Shown here: in pieces, positions 1 through 11,463 of the stretch
Layout: each line of letters begins with the position of its first letter
Numbering within the stretch: position 1 is the stretch's first letter
NCBI GenBank assembly: GCA_030704615.1
Contig: CM060731.1
Span: 26,474,001 to 26,538,000, forward strand
DNA from: Takakia lepidozioides
Lineage: Eukaryota; Plantae; Bryophyta
Reading direction: 5' to 3'
DNA: 64,000 bases
Translations under genes and position numbers: made by a program
Notes under the pieces: generated by a model
Told to the model about the DNA's origin: nothing
Database searches by the model: none
What the model saw: only the letters and a program-made list of their open reading frames with translations

Positions 1-317
1 TTGCATCAAAGCCTTTCCACATATCCCCCAACGGTTCTTCAATTTTCTGGATGTAGGTTCAGCTGTACATATATTTTGTATCGTTTGTTATCACCCTGGG
101 TGCTATGAGAAGCTTCCTCAAATTTACATGATAAGACTCCAGTCTCCTGCAGCTGATAGACAAGAAACAGTTTGTCTCATTTTCATCTGTGTCCTTCGAC
201 ATCAATTTACATGGTTGCCATGAATTGTGGAGTGAATCAATCCAATTATCCCCAGAGTCTTGGAGAAATCAGGAGGGATGGATGGGGAGGCTCAGCTATA
301 ATTCTGTGGACTTGCAG

Positions 318-2095
318 GAAGTGACGAAACTGACAAAGCAGATCCTTATTGAGGAGGCGTTGTCTGAGCAAATGAAGGAGCGCGCAGAAATGGAGCGCAA
401 GCTGCAGAAACTTTCCAAAACCATGGACCATCTAGAACGTGCAAAGCGAGAGGAGGAAAGACCTTTGATTGAGGAGGCTCATCTCAAACGTCTCCAGGAT
501 GATGAAATGTTCTATGAAGATCAGCAAAGAGTAAGGCTTTTGTATGTAGATAGGGATGGAGATATAATTGAACTGGTATGTGTGCATGTCTTCTGGATTG
601 TTAGCAAGCTTCCCTTTTGAGCAAGTGAAAATGACAGGTTCTTTTGGGATCTGCAGCAAGCAATTGAGCAGAGTCAGAAACAGCATGCCACAGATTTGCA
701 GGAGAAGAACAGGCTCATTCGCATGATTGATGATAAGGTACTGTTCCTTTTGCTCTATTGCATGTGGTCATCCTTTTCACTGTCAGCTGGGGTGCTATTC
801 AAATTATCCGTTCGGCAAGTGTCTGTTTTGCTCGCGCGATTCTCACATTCACAGTGAAGCAAGCCATTGTGCATGTGTGGTTGTATCTCTTGGTCCACCT
901 ACCTTGGTGATATGGTTCAGCTAGTCTGACTAGGTCTATGCAGGCAATATGTTACATTGTGACCTTTCTGTCTGAGACGGAAATTTATCTTCCTTGGTAA
1001 CCTGACAATAACAGAGTCAAGGAGTTTGAGGGATTCGTCACTCAGAGTTGTCTGACATAAAGGACATTGTAACCGTTTGTGCACGTTGGAGCAGAATGTA
1101 TTTCAGTTGCAAGTCATCAGTCACAGAAGGGGTGAGTTTGAGAGGTTGAAATATGAGCGTGAAGAGAGGCTTGCGAAGAACCGTGCATTGAGGTCCCAGG
1201 ATAGGGTACTGCGACGCAAGCAAGAATACTACAGAAGGCAAGAGGAAGCTCGTTTGCTCAAGATCCTCGAGGAAGAAGAGGCTCGGAAGAGGGAAGGTGA
1301 GGCTTTCCTATCTGTTAGAAAGTTCTTTCTTCCTCATAAAGTGGATAAATTCGATTGTATTGTCTGACAAGCTTTAGGCTTTTCTAGTAGTCTTCTATAT
1401 GCTTTCACTTCAAGTGAACCAGAGTTGATTAGCCAACAGGGGAGCATGTCAGTCTAAGCACTTCTGGTGGGCTTGATGTTCTCCATGCAGAGGAAGAGCG
1501 GAAGCGCAAAGAGGAGGCAGAGCGGCGGGCTAAGCTGGATGAGATTGCTGCAAAACAGCGACAGCGGGAGCTTGAGGCAGAAGAGAGAGACACTCGTGAT
1601 CGGGAAGCATTGCGTTTGAAAATTGAAGAAAACAAGCCTGGAAAATTCATTCCCCCGTCTTTGCGAAAGAGACTTGAAAGTGAGGAACCCAAGCGGGATG
1701 AGTTTGCTGCAAAACAGCGACAGCGGGAGCTTGAGGCAGAAGAGAGAGACACTCGTGATCGGGAAGCATTGCGTTTGAAAATTGAAGAAAACAAGCCTGG
1801 AAAATTCATTCCTCCCTCTTTGCGAAAGAGACTTGAAAGTGAGGAACCCAAGCGGGGCAGTGTATCCACCTCTGATAACTGGAATGATCGACGGGGGCGG
1901 TATGGCACGAGTTTCCGTGATGGACCACCCCCTCATTTAGGGCGCCCCTTTGCAGGTGCAGGAGGAAGGGCTGAGGATCGCTGGGGTTCCAGTGGGTTTG
2001 ACCGTGAAAGGGGCCGTGATGAAGAGCGACCCAATGTTGACACATGGAGACGAGGCTCCAATTCTGATAGGGAGCCTGAGCAGCAGAGTGGATAG
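318..2095 (+). CDS. eIF3a: Eukaryotic translation initiation factor 3 subunit A, last four exons (5' part outside window); exons ~318-530, 657-737, 1095-1296, 1491-2095
   Basis: Spliced translation EMERKLQKLSKTMDHLERAKREEERPLIE...QAIEQSQKQHATDLQEKNRL...KLDEIAAKQRQRELEAEE matches the plant eIF3a coiled-coil region. All junctions are GT-AG and in frame; R/D/G/W-rich tail; TAG at 2093-2095. Confidence 0.93.
1537..1854 (+). repeat. 159-bp in-frame tandem duplication (53 aa) inside eIF3a last exon
   Basis: Copies start at 1537 and 1696 (ggatgag...cccaagcg) and differ at about 3 nt (gagatt/gagttt; cccccg/cctccc). Confidence 0.95.
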
Positions 2096-3499
2096 ATGCT
2101 CTGTGGGCTCCTGCCGTCAAAACCCTGATTTCTGAGGTGTCCCTCTTCTCTTCTGAGAAAAGGTGGGGCAGTTAACCTGATAGAGCACCAATAACTGGGG
2201 TTCCCCCTTCTTGCAAATTATCAGTAGCAGTACACCCCATCTGTGGCTCTCGTATCAATTGTGTTAGAGTCTACAAGTGCATTTATGATGTTATGGGTGG
2301 CCTTGTTCGATCAGATGGGCCATGGTCATGTTCTTATGCACATTATTTCCGAATGCCATGGTACTTGTGGCTGTTGTGAAGGTGGCTTGTAGTGAGTAAT
2401 TGAGTAGCAGCGATGTATCATTCCTTAGTGTACGGAGGGGGAGAGGGGTAGAGTTGAGATATAACAAGTCTTCAATTTTGTGAAGTTGTGGCCAGAGTGC
2501 GGGTGCAAGGCACATTTATTGATTGTTCCTTCATTAGCACACGAGTAGGAGGCAAGTCTACGGAGAGTGCACAGATATTGCAAGTTAGATGTAATGTCCT
2601 TAGATTTATGCGCAGGAAATGCCAGGGTACGTGTAAGAAATCTTGACTGGTAGTTAATAGTTCTAGGCAGTTTTGACTTAAAACTAGTTGAGAGTGAGTG
2701 TGCCTGATTTAGCTCTCTGGCTGAAAATTTACGTAGTATAGCTGGTTGCCTCCCTCCTCCTCACCTTTAGCTTTCTGTTTGTACCTCCTTAAATATTTGA
2801 CTCTGGGTGTTGATTTCCTAACTTCCCGGGTCTGAGAATTGTTTCTTGAATGACCCTCTACTTGGTTTGTTAAAACAGGGTATCTTCCTTACTGTCCACT
2901 GAGAGCTAAAAAGATGTAAAAAGATTTTGTCTGACCTGCCTGTCCTTCTCAGCAGTAGCTTACATTATTACATGATACGACCAGAGTTGGACTGGTATAC
3001 AGTCAACCCCGTTTTACTGTTACTTGTTTATGTGTTAGTTTTGATACTCTGCAAAAAAAACATGGGAAACCATGTCGTGATTGTTATGTGGTTAATTGTT
3101 ATTTTATCCTACTCTTCATAGTGTTAACACATCTCCATAGTAGTTAGATTCCTTGAAGAGAAGTCCCCAAAATAGAGCATCCATTTAAGCTCATACAAAA
3201 TAAAGCATCCTTCCATGAGGTTCAAGCTGCCATTGACAATTTAAGTTTATATCTTGTGTAGCAAAACACCGATACTAGTGAAGTGATACTAGTGAAGTGT
3301 TTAGCAGTCCAGACGGAAGTAATTTTAGCCAGGCATTCCACTTGTCATTCTTTCATGTTTTCAACCCACTCAATGAGTAAATGTTATCTTTAATTGACAC
3401 TAGGGTAGCCTGTGCCGTTGGCCCAAGTGTCAAGTGTTATCTAAGCCTAAGTGCAATCTCCTATGTATGCAAGGGTCCAATGTTATCCAAGTCCAAATG

Positions 3500-3595
3500 C
3501 ATTTTTTTTCCATAGAGCCTACGACCAGATTTGAACCGGCGACCTTCCCCTTGGTATCTCTCTTGTCAAGGCTCCAACCACTGTCTAAGAATGCT
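3500..3595 (-). mobile_element. Short tRNA-derived SINE-like element
   Basis: Minus strand reads ...agacagtggttggagc...ggttcaaatctggtc...aaaaaaaa (A-box/B-box-like, A tail); aatgc flanks both sides. Confidence 0.35.
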
Positions 3596-3929
3596 TGCTT
3601 TGCAACTTTTCAACTTTTCGGGGATTTCCAGCGACCCAAAGTACCTGAAATTCCACATCTCCCACACCACAGGTCCAAAAATCATGAGACCAAGCTTGTG
3701 CACCCCTCCTCGTTGAGGGCAAGCACCAGGGCTGGGGCCTTGCGGTTGGGACATCTCAAATCTACAAAACAAAACAAACAAAACAAAAATCTCACTTCAT
3801 ACATTGATGACCTGGTTTACTCTGCCTCTTGTAAATGTTAACTTATGAAAATTTGCCTTGTGTCCCGGTTATCTCTGGTACCTGGATATCTGTTAGAAAG
3901 CTCATACTCTAGAGACCTTACATTAAAGC

Positions 3930-4926
3930 AAGGTCGATTGTACGGGACCTGGCTGGGTATCAACCAGGGTATTAAAAGACCCGGCTGGAGTTGGCTGTTG
4001 TAATACTAGGGTTAATAACCGAACCGCCTGGTATTGACAATTCCAATACCAGCCTACATAGGCTGGTATTGACAAAGGCAATACCGGTGCAATTACCCAT
4101 ATCATGGGCAAAAACAATGTTCTTTTTTTAGCACATGTTTCACATTGACAACCTCGACAAATTAGTGCTAATTTTAAAGAATTGGCCGGATGATGTGCGG
4201 ACGGATTGCAAGGTTGTTGAATAAGGGATCATGAATTTCTTTTTGTCAAAAGACAATACGATTGATGAATATGAGGACCTCATTGCAGATGCTGGCAAGT
4301 TTGACAGTGAGGCTTGCAATCATTTTTTATTTTTATTTTTAAAGTTTAAAGGGAAACACCTGGGAGACAGCTCACAAATCAGGCCCCTTAGTAGTGATAG
4401 GAGAAAATAACCTCTTTCATTTATGCACCATGGAGGCGAATGAGTGGGACACCGCCTAAGAACCATACCACACCCATCAGTAGCAAGATTTGACCCCAGA
4501 ATCATCTGGGTGGCACTCAGTGCACTTAACCAACTGAGCTACTGACTGTTGGTAATCATTTTTCTTTAACAAAGCTCGCTCCACTTTGCGTACTAATGCA
4601 AAAGTCTAAATTTTTGCAGCAGAATATTTAATTTCTTTGTGAAATCAAGTATGCAGCTAAATTAAAGGCATATTAGTGATTTGGTGGTTATTTTGATCTT
4701 GATTTTAATTATTTATATCCGGGTTGATAAGGGGCTGGTATTACGATTGGAATACCGTCCTATTGCCGTCCACAAATCAAAAATCATACTACTATTGAGA
4801 ACCGGCGGAGATTAAAATTAAGTGAATATCCCAATACTATGGAACCGGCTGGCCCTATTGAAAAATAATTTTTTTCAATACTGCGCCCGGGCTGGTATTA
4901 AAAAAAGTAATACCCGCCCAACACTG
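3930..4926. mobile_element. hAT-like non-autonomous element, copy A (left end indistinct)
   Basis: Ends in aatacccgcccaacactg (rc CAGTGTTGGGCGGG); many GGTATT/AATACC subterminal motifs; collinear with copy B at 9081-11822. Confidence 0.7.
4328..4553 (-). mobile_element. tRNA-derived SINE nested in hAT-like copy A
   Basis: Minus strand: agtagctcagttggttaagtg (A box)...ggggtcaaatc (B box)...A-rich tail. TSD aatcattttt at 4318-4327 and 4554-4563. Absent from the homologous site in copy B (~11245). Confidence 0.8.
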
Positions 4927-5148
4927 GTTACTACCTCAGAAGTATGAAAGAGATGTGTTAAGAGATGTGTTAGACTAGCTCAAAAGTATGAGACGGTTTG
5001 TACCATTCTTGTGAGCTTGTGTGTTGGTGCAGTGGTAAGTGGAACTGTAACTATAGTCTAAGCATTGTACTTGATAGCATTCTGCTGTCATCTGCTTTGT
5101 ATTGCAACTGTGAGAGTTGTACAAACTATTTGGCAGATCTAGAGTCTG

Positions 5149-7083
5149 CTATTTCAGAGCTTCAACCACATAAAAGTGTGTGCAGAGTTGCTCAAAGTTC
5201 ACTCTAGGGAAGCCAGCTGCATATATCAGTCTACGCCATTGTGCCTCAGTTCTCTCCATCCCTCCATAAGAATGTGCTAGCATGACTAGATCTAATGCTA
5301 CTGTAGCAATCCTGGGCGGATTGTCATCTTCATCTGGTGGCATCACGACCTCGCAAATGATAACTTTACTATTTGTGGGCAGTGTTCTGCAGCAGTTGCT
5401 GAGTATTCTCACACAATGTTCGTCGTCCCAGTCGTGCAGGATCCTCTGTGGATCCCTCCAAAACCCACAATCCTTCACTCAATCCTTCACACAATCCTTC
5501 AATCAAAGTAAAGGTGTCTATCTCTGCTCTTGGGCTAGCAATGCGAGTGCCAGTGTCAGAGGATGCTCTGTTTCTCTCTCTCTCTCCAAGAACGACATGC
5601 TGACATTGCTGGTGCATCCATTACAGTACTAAGTTCAATCGCTGGACAAGTCCATGAGATGAAGGTTCAAATGGTTGCCAAACCTGCATGAAAATGGCGT
5701 CACCCCTTGGGATTTCCGCTAATATGTTTCCTGCCACGTTCTCCACTCCTGACCACACCAAGTCCACAATCACAACCCTCAGTGTGATCCAACGCTTCCA
5801 CATATGTTGAGTTCATTGAGACTTCTTGGGGGGTGATGTTTGTTTGATTCCAGGAAGGATTCAGATACAGTGCTTCTCTGAATAGTTGGAGTCTCACCAT
5901 CAGCTTTACAATTTTCCATTGTTTGTGTGAACAGTAGTCCTGGAAGCTGGAGAGCAATATACAAAGAAGCTCTTACCTCGAATTTTGGGTGCACGAGCTA
6001 CAATGTGAGGCAAATCGAAGTTGATTCCGTGAATGTGAGGATGTACAGCAACAATAGCTCCAATGTTCTTGCCCAATCCCCCACACACGTCTACAAGCGT
6101 CTTGACATCCTTGAACCCCGTGTACTTGCTTAAAAATGTGTCCATCATTGCTGAAGAAAAGCTCGCCTGGCACTCATTAACAACCTTGCCGAATTCAGGG
6201 TTCTCGTTTATATATTCCCACATATTCTGCTATCCACGGTTGCAATTCCAGTTTGTCAGCTTCAAATATATCGTGTCCGATACAAGACGTCAAATTGGAT
6301 CAGGCTGGTGGAAGGAGCTCGGAGTGGGAGATAACTTAGTACCACACTAGACTGCTTTGAATTGTACCGGTGAGGGAGAGAAAGAGAGGTCATGCTCGCG
6401 AAGGCAGGGACGATCGGATGGGTTGGAAGGGCAGTTCAAGCGAGGGAGTTTTGACACAATCTTCAGGTAAAGTGTAAGTTGAAGATTGAGTGTACATTTC
6501 AAGAAGATTTTATACATGTATCTGACGTTGTTAAAGTTTGTGTTCAAATGTGAAATCTTACCTTTCCATGGGCTGTCGTGAATGGGGTTCTGCCGTGCAA
6601 AACAGACTCATGGAGGTGGTACCAGGGCGCTTGGGCCGCTTTGTGCATCTGCATGATGACTCCTGGAGCGAGACGAAGACCATTTTTCTCCCTCACAAGT
6701 AATTTCGATGCCTTTGTCAGCCCATACCGTGTTGATATCTTCCCAGACTCGGAGGTAACACGCGTTGCACTGAAAACACCGTAAGCTACCAATGGTTTTA
6801 AGATACGGTAAAGGTATTGGGTGTTGACACTTTGATCAGTACTCGTAGTCCGGAGCTGCGCAGCAATTTCTTCCAGAGATAGGGTGGCCGTCGGGCCAGC
6901 TTTGGCGATGATATCTGGAATCCCGAGTAGAACAGCCGCATTCAGTGTCATGGACCCCACATAACCCAGCATCAGTCCTGCCACAATATCATAGCCTTCA
7001 AGAACCTCTGCAATAGGATCGGTGTCGATATCCATGTGCTTAGGAATGCCACTCTTGCCGTTTTCAGTGGACGTGGGACACAT
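5149..7083 (-). CDS. Class II (COMT-type) SAM-dependent O-methyltransferase, paralogue 1; exons 7083-6562, 6226-5977, 5748-5684, 5445-5149 (start may be further upstream, ~7128)
   Basis: Dimerisation domain (MTLNAAVLLGIPDIIAKAG...YGLT), LVDVCGGLG, GINFDLPH, 65-bp exon 3 GDAIFMQ, ILHDWDDEHC, GGMERTEAQW; four-exon COMT structure with GT-AG junctions. Confidence 0.93.
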
Positions 7084-8227
7084 CGAGATTGATTTTCTGT
7101 GCAATTCCTGGGGAGAGGACCATAGCATAATTTGTCAGGAATTTGAAAAATGTTTTCGATTCAAAGATTATTTAAGTCAGGACATGAGGCTCACGAAAAC
7201 CGATCATTTTTGCTAGACTGGGACCATGGTCTGTAACACGATACCTCACTCCTGCGTGCCTTTCATATGGATTACATCACTCACGTACACCTATAGAGGT
7301 CTTCTACTGTTATAAAGGACTCGGCCATTTTGGGCCTCAAGAATATTGTATCCTATCACACAGTGCAATCAGTTGCCAACGTTTGGTTATTCATGACCCT
7401 GAAAACTTCGGCAACTGATCCGGGATTCACTGACAACCCTCGCCGCATGATGTCTGGCATCACTAATCCTTATATAGAAACTGTGGCTTCTGTCCCAACA
7501 CACTATGACAGTCATGTTGATGCAGGGTGATGAACAGCAAAGATGACGCGCAATACCTTACAAGTACGTGTTGGCGGCTAAGATGGGCCGCGTACTGTTG
7601 ACTGCGAGCACAGACGAAGATAATCTGTAATTAACTCTCGAAAGAGTTTCCAGACCTCAACAAGAGCGTCAAATCTGTAACGATCAAAGAAACCCAAGTC
7701 TTTTCAGGTGCCACAACGAGGCCACAACGTGAATATTGGTTCCAAAAGCTTTGCTGAATGGGGGTGTTCTAACAATCTCAACTCATATATAACGTAAGAA
7801 CTTTCGTCTCTCGAGGAGTTTTTCCACAGAGAGTCCACGTTATAGAGTTACTTGTCTCCTCCTTCAATCTCTCTCTCCTGTCACAGAATTACCCAAATCT
7901 AGTGTAGTGCACATGAGAAACCAGCACCCAAGTGGCAACTTGGCCACGAACTCATAAGCAAGACTGAACCTGATGAAGACGACTAATGCTGCGCACCAAA
8001 GTTCTACAATGGTCCTGCTTCCCTCAACCGCAATACTGTATTAATCTCTCTCGTCTTTCTCCCGGATATCATATATATAGGTCCCACAGAATTCCATATC
8101 GATTAAGAGTCTGGCGGAGTACACATAACCTGTTTTTCCCTCGTTTTTCAAAGCATCTCGAGTACGTGTGTACTAACTACTGGCTCACTGGACGCTGGTT
8201 ACAGGCGGTAACCTACTGCCCTCACAA

Positions 8228-8353
8228 GTATCGATAACCTTGGCTGCGCATGGATGTAAAGCATCGATAACCTGGCTGCACATGGATGTAAAATATCGAT
8301 AACCTGGCTGCGCTTGGATGTACAGTATCGATAACCTGGCTGTGCATGGATGA
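8228..8353. repeat. Minisatellite, 4 x ~32 bp (atcgataacctggctgcgcatggatgta)
   Basis: Four visible copies, surrounded by GGTAACC/GGTTACC motifs (8195-8455). Confidence 0.85.
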
Positions 8354-9172
8354 CTGTCACTCTTGATGTTTCGAAAACCGGTTATGTCCGGTAACCGGCT
8401 TGAGGCCACGGGTTACCCCGTGCAGCTGGTAGCGCCGAAGCTGCATGGGTAACCCTTTGCCTCTTGCCAATTACCTAGACCATATCCGTTTCCAGTACTT
8501 AGGGCCTTAACACACTAGCGACACACCAACGGCATTGATGTGGATGTTGCAAGCTAGGGACTCTGATATAGGTCCATGTCACGAATGGGTTATGAATGGG
8601 TTACCACACTATAGCATAAGCCTAGCTGGAAAAAAAATCGCAACTACCATATCTTTTCATTCTAAAAATAACCAATTCTTAGAACCTTTGACATCGCGTC
8701 CCTTTGGGATGGATATATGAACTTATGAATTTGTCCATCCAGTCATGACCATCTACCAGGTGGCAACTGGGTCAGGAGAAACCAAGTTAGAGCAGCGTCC
8801 AACAAAACTTAAGAGCTGTTGCTTTCATCCGTGTGAAAGTTCATCCTCCAGTGTTATATGTGGATTATATAATTATATCACAATGACTTTACATCTGTGC
8901 ACTTCTACATCCATCACCACTCAAATTGTGAGCGGTCATAGGGCGTTCTACCCTAGCGGCGAGACTGATTTTGGTGGGGGCCTTCCTAACTTGCCGCAAC
9001 CACGGTACCAGACTTGCAGAGATCCTCGCACCTCCTCATCACCTCTCTCACCTCTCTCCGATTTGGAGGTAGGTACAGATCAGTGTTTGACGCCTATAAG
9101 ATAGGGGCTTGGCTTGGTATCAACCAGGGTATTAAATAACCGACCCTGTAGGTGTTGTAATACTAGGGTCAA

Positions 9173-10471
9173 CCTTTAACCGACTACCACCGTTTTGGTG
9201 GGCCAGCCCAAAAAGCATACATAGTGGGCATGGATTAGGCCATAACTTCCAACCCATGAATCATCCACAGAAAGCACCCGTGTAGAAATGTTCCTACCTA
9301 CTACATCCATCTGCCCATGAATTTTCAGACACTTTCACCGGTGCAATTGGCAGGCTATAGGAAAACGGTAATGTGGTTTTTTCACATGGCCCCCAATTCG
9401 ACCCCAAAAAAAAGCTTTGACCAAGGTTGTATGGGGGGTTCTTGATTTTTCCTGTGGGAATGCCCTACATATTCAGATTCCTGGGCACTCACACCATGCA
9501 AGTAGGAATTTGTAGCCCCATCCCCCTAAATTATGTTGGGGGTCCTTTGTTGTCAAATTGGGGGGGTAAAAATGCATTTCTTGTACACAACTTTGCAATC
9601 TGGCCCATGGGATCCTCTTTTTATTTCTGAAAACAAATTCCAACGGTGAGGTTCTGCTTTGCAGCAATGTAGAGACAATGGTTGAAAAAAGTTTTGGATT
9701 CTGCCAAATTGTGGGCCTCAGATGTGCAATCTGCCAGTTTTTGGGTCCCATCCCAACTTAGGCTGTTATGGCCGGAGCAAGTAGCACTTTCCGGCGGGGG
9801 ATTTGGGAGGTCACGTCAGAAAAACCCCAAAAATGCTGCGGGCCCTCACGAAACAACCGGCAGCCTCCCCCTCAACCAGTGTTTTGTTTTTTGGCGAAAA
9901 ATCGCCAAATGACGACCTCAAAACATTAAAATGGAATATTCTGTCACAAATTCCCTGTTTTCTCAGGGATGAAATCGCCAAACTTCTACAAGGAAAAAAA
10001 AAAGGATGAATTTGCCAAATATGGATGATATAAATGGATGAAAGTACATATGAGGATGATTCTATCCAAATTTTCAATGGATGAACAGAATATATAGCTA
10101 TTTCTTGTAGCCACTCGTGCTATTTTTCAAATTTAAGAAAAAAATCACTGCCCTCAACCCGCATTATTGTGGGGTGGAATCCCACGGCCCCACACGCTGC
10201 ACGCACGCCGGCAACTCCAGGCCAGTGGGCCTTGGCGCCCGCAACGGGCGCTGGCACCTCCTGGGCCATGTGTTTCAGCCCCCCTATCACTTAGAAAATT
10301 CTAGACGGCGGAGCATTTATTGTTCGTGCCCGCTATAAATTGGAGCGGACAGAGAACTTTCCGGGCTACATTTTTCGTTATGGGATGAACAAAATCGGAT
10401 GTCATCCAACGAAGTTATGGGATGGATGAAAAATGACACGACCCAATTCGGTTCGCGTCGTTGTTTAAGGG
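9173..10471. mobile_element. piggyBac-like non-autonomous insertion (degenerate)
   Basis: Inserted at the TTAA that is uninterrupted in copy A (4012-4015). Flanks are tcaa (9169-9172) and ttaa (10472-10475). Ends cctttaaccgactac versus rc cccttaaacaacgac (11/15 match). Confidence 0.65.
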
Positions 10472-11283
10472 TTAATATCCGAACCGCCTGGTATTGACAA
10501 TTCCAATACCAAGGTCAATACATAGGCTGGTATTGACAAAGGTAATACCTATGTACCCATATTACGGGCAAAAACAAGGACTATACAGATGGTAGATATG
10601 AAGTTGGAGCCGGTGCACAAGTCAGGGTCCAGCCATCCAGCCCCAAGGGCCCGCCACTATTTTTCATTTTTTAGCACACATCCGTAGGGTAATGTCGAAT
10701 TGGCATTAACAACCTCGACAAGTTAGTGTTAATTTTAAAGAGTTGGCCGGATGATGTGTGGACTGATTGCAAGGTTGTTGAGCAAGGGATGACGGATTAA
10801 GTCCCGCCCTACAGTTTGACCCTCTCATCCATCCCCACATGCGGCTCTGGTGGATAGTTTGAGCCTATCCCTTAAAGTTGAGTAAATCGGGGAAGAAAGT
10901 GGGGACAGGCCAGCCTGCATAGCATGGCCCTACGCCACGTGGGAAGGTGGGAAAGGTCAACCTGATGGGAGCGTGGCCCCGTGCCACGCTCATCGTCCCA
11001 TGGTAGGGCACTGCGCAGAGGAAGCCTGGATGAAACGCTGCTTTTTCATGCTATTTTGAGTTTGGCCTTCTATTTTTTTTGCGCTTGTACTATGTGGGCC
11101 CGCTTCATAGACATTCATCCTACATTTTGGCCAAACTGGCTCAACTCACCCTACATCCCCTCGACTGAACGGATAACTTTAATACGATTGATGAATATGA
11201 GGACCTCATTGCAACTGCTGGCATTTTTGACAATGAGGCTTGCAATCAGTTTTCTCTTAACAGCTTCACTTTGTATATTAAAA

Positions 11284-11463
11284 GACACCCAACATATAGC
11301 CCACTGGTAATGGGCACATACCACATTGGATGTGGTTGTGGGTTCAAACCATGGTATGGTGTGTCATGAAGGTGTGTCCACCTTTCAGCTAGGAAGGCAG
11401 CAGCCTGTGGTGAAGAGACACCATAATTTACGCTCCTTTGGGGAGGTGTCTATGTTTTTTTTT
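11284..11463 (+). mobile_element. tRNA-derived SINE with T-rich tail nested in copy B
   Basis: tagcccactggtaa (A-box-like), gggttcaaacc (B box), poly-T end; imperfect TSD ttgtatattaaaa/ttgtgtactaaaa; absent from copy A. Confidence 0.6.

Noticed and set aside
3434-3841. 135-aa ORF
   Set aside because: Runs through a SINE-like segment and a caaaa microsatellite; no recognisable domain.
10795-11182. Third TTAA-flanked insertion in hAT-like copy B
   Set aside because: The segment is absent from copy A, but the TIRs are weak, there are no CCC/GGG termini and the empty site does not align cleanly.
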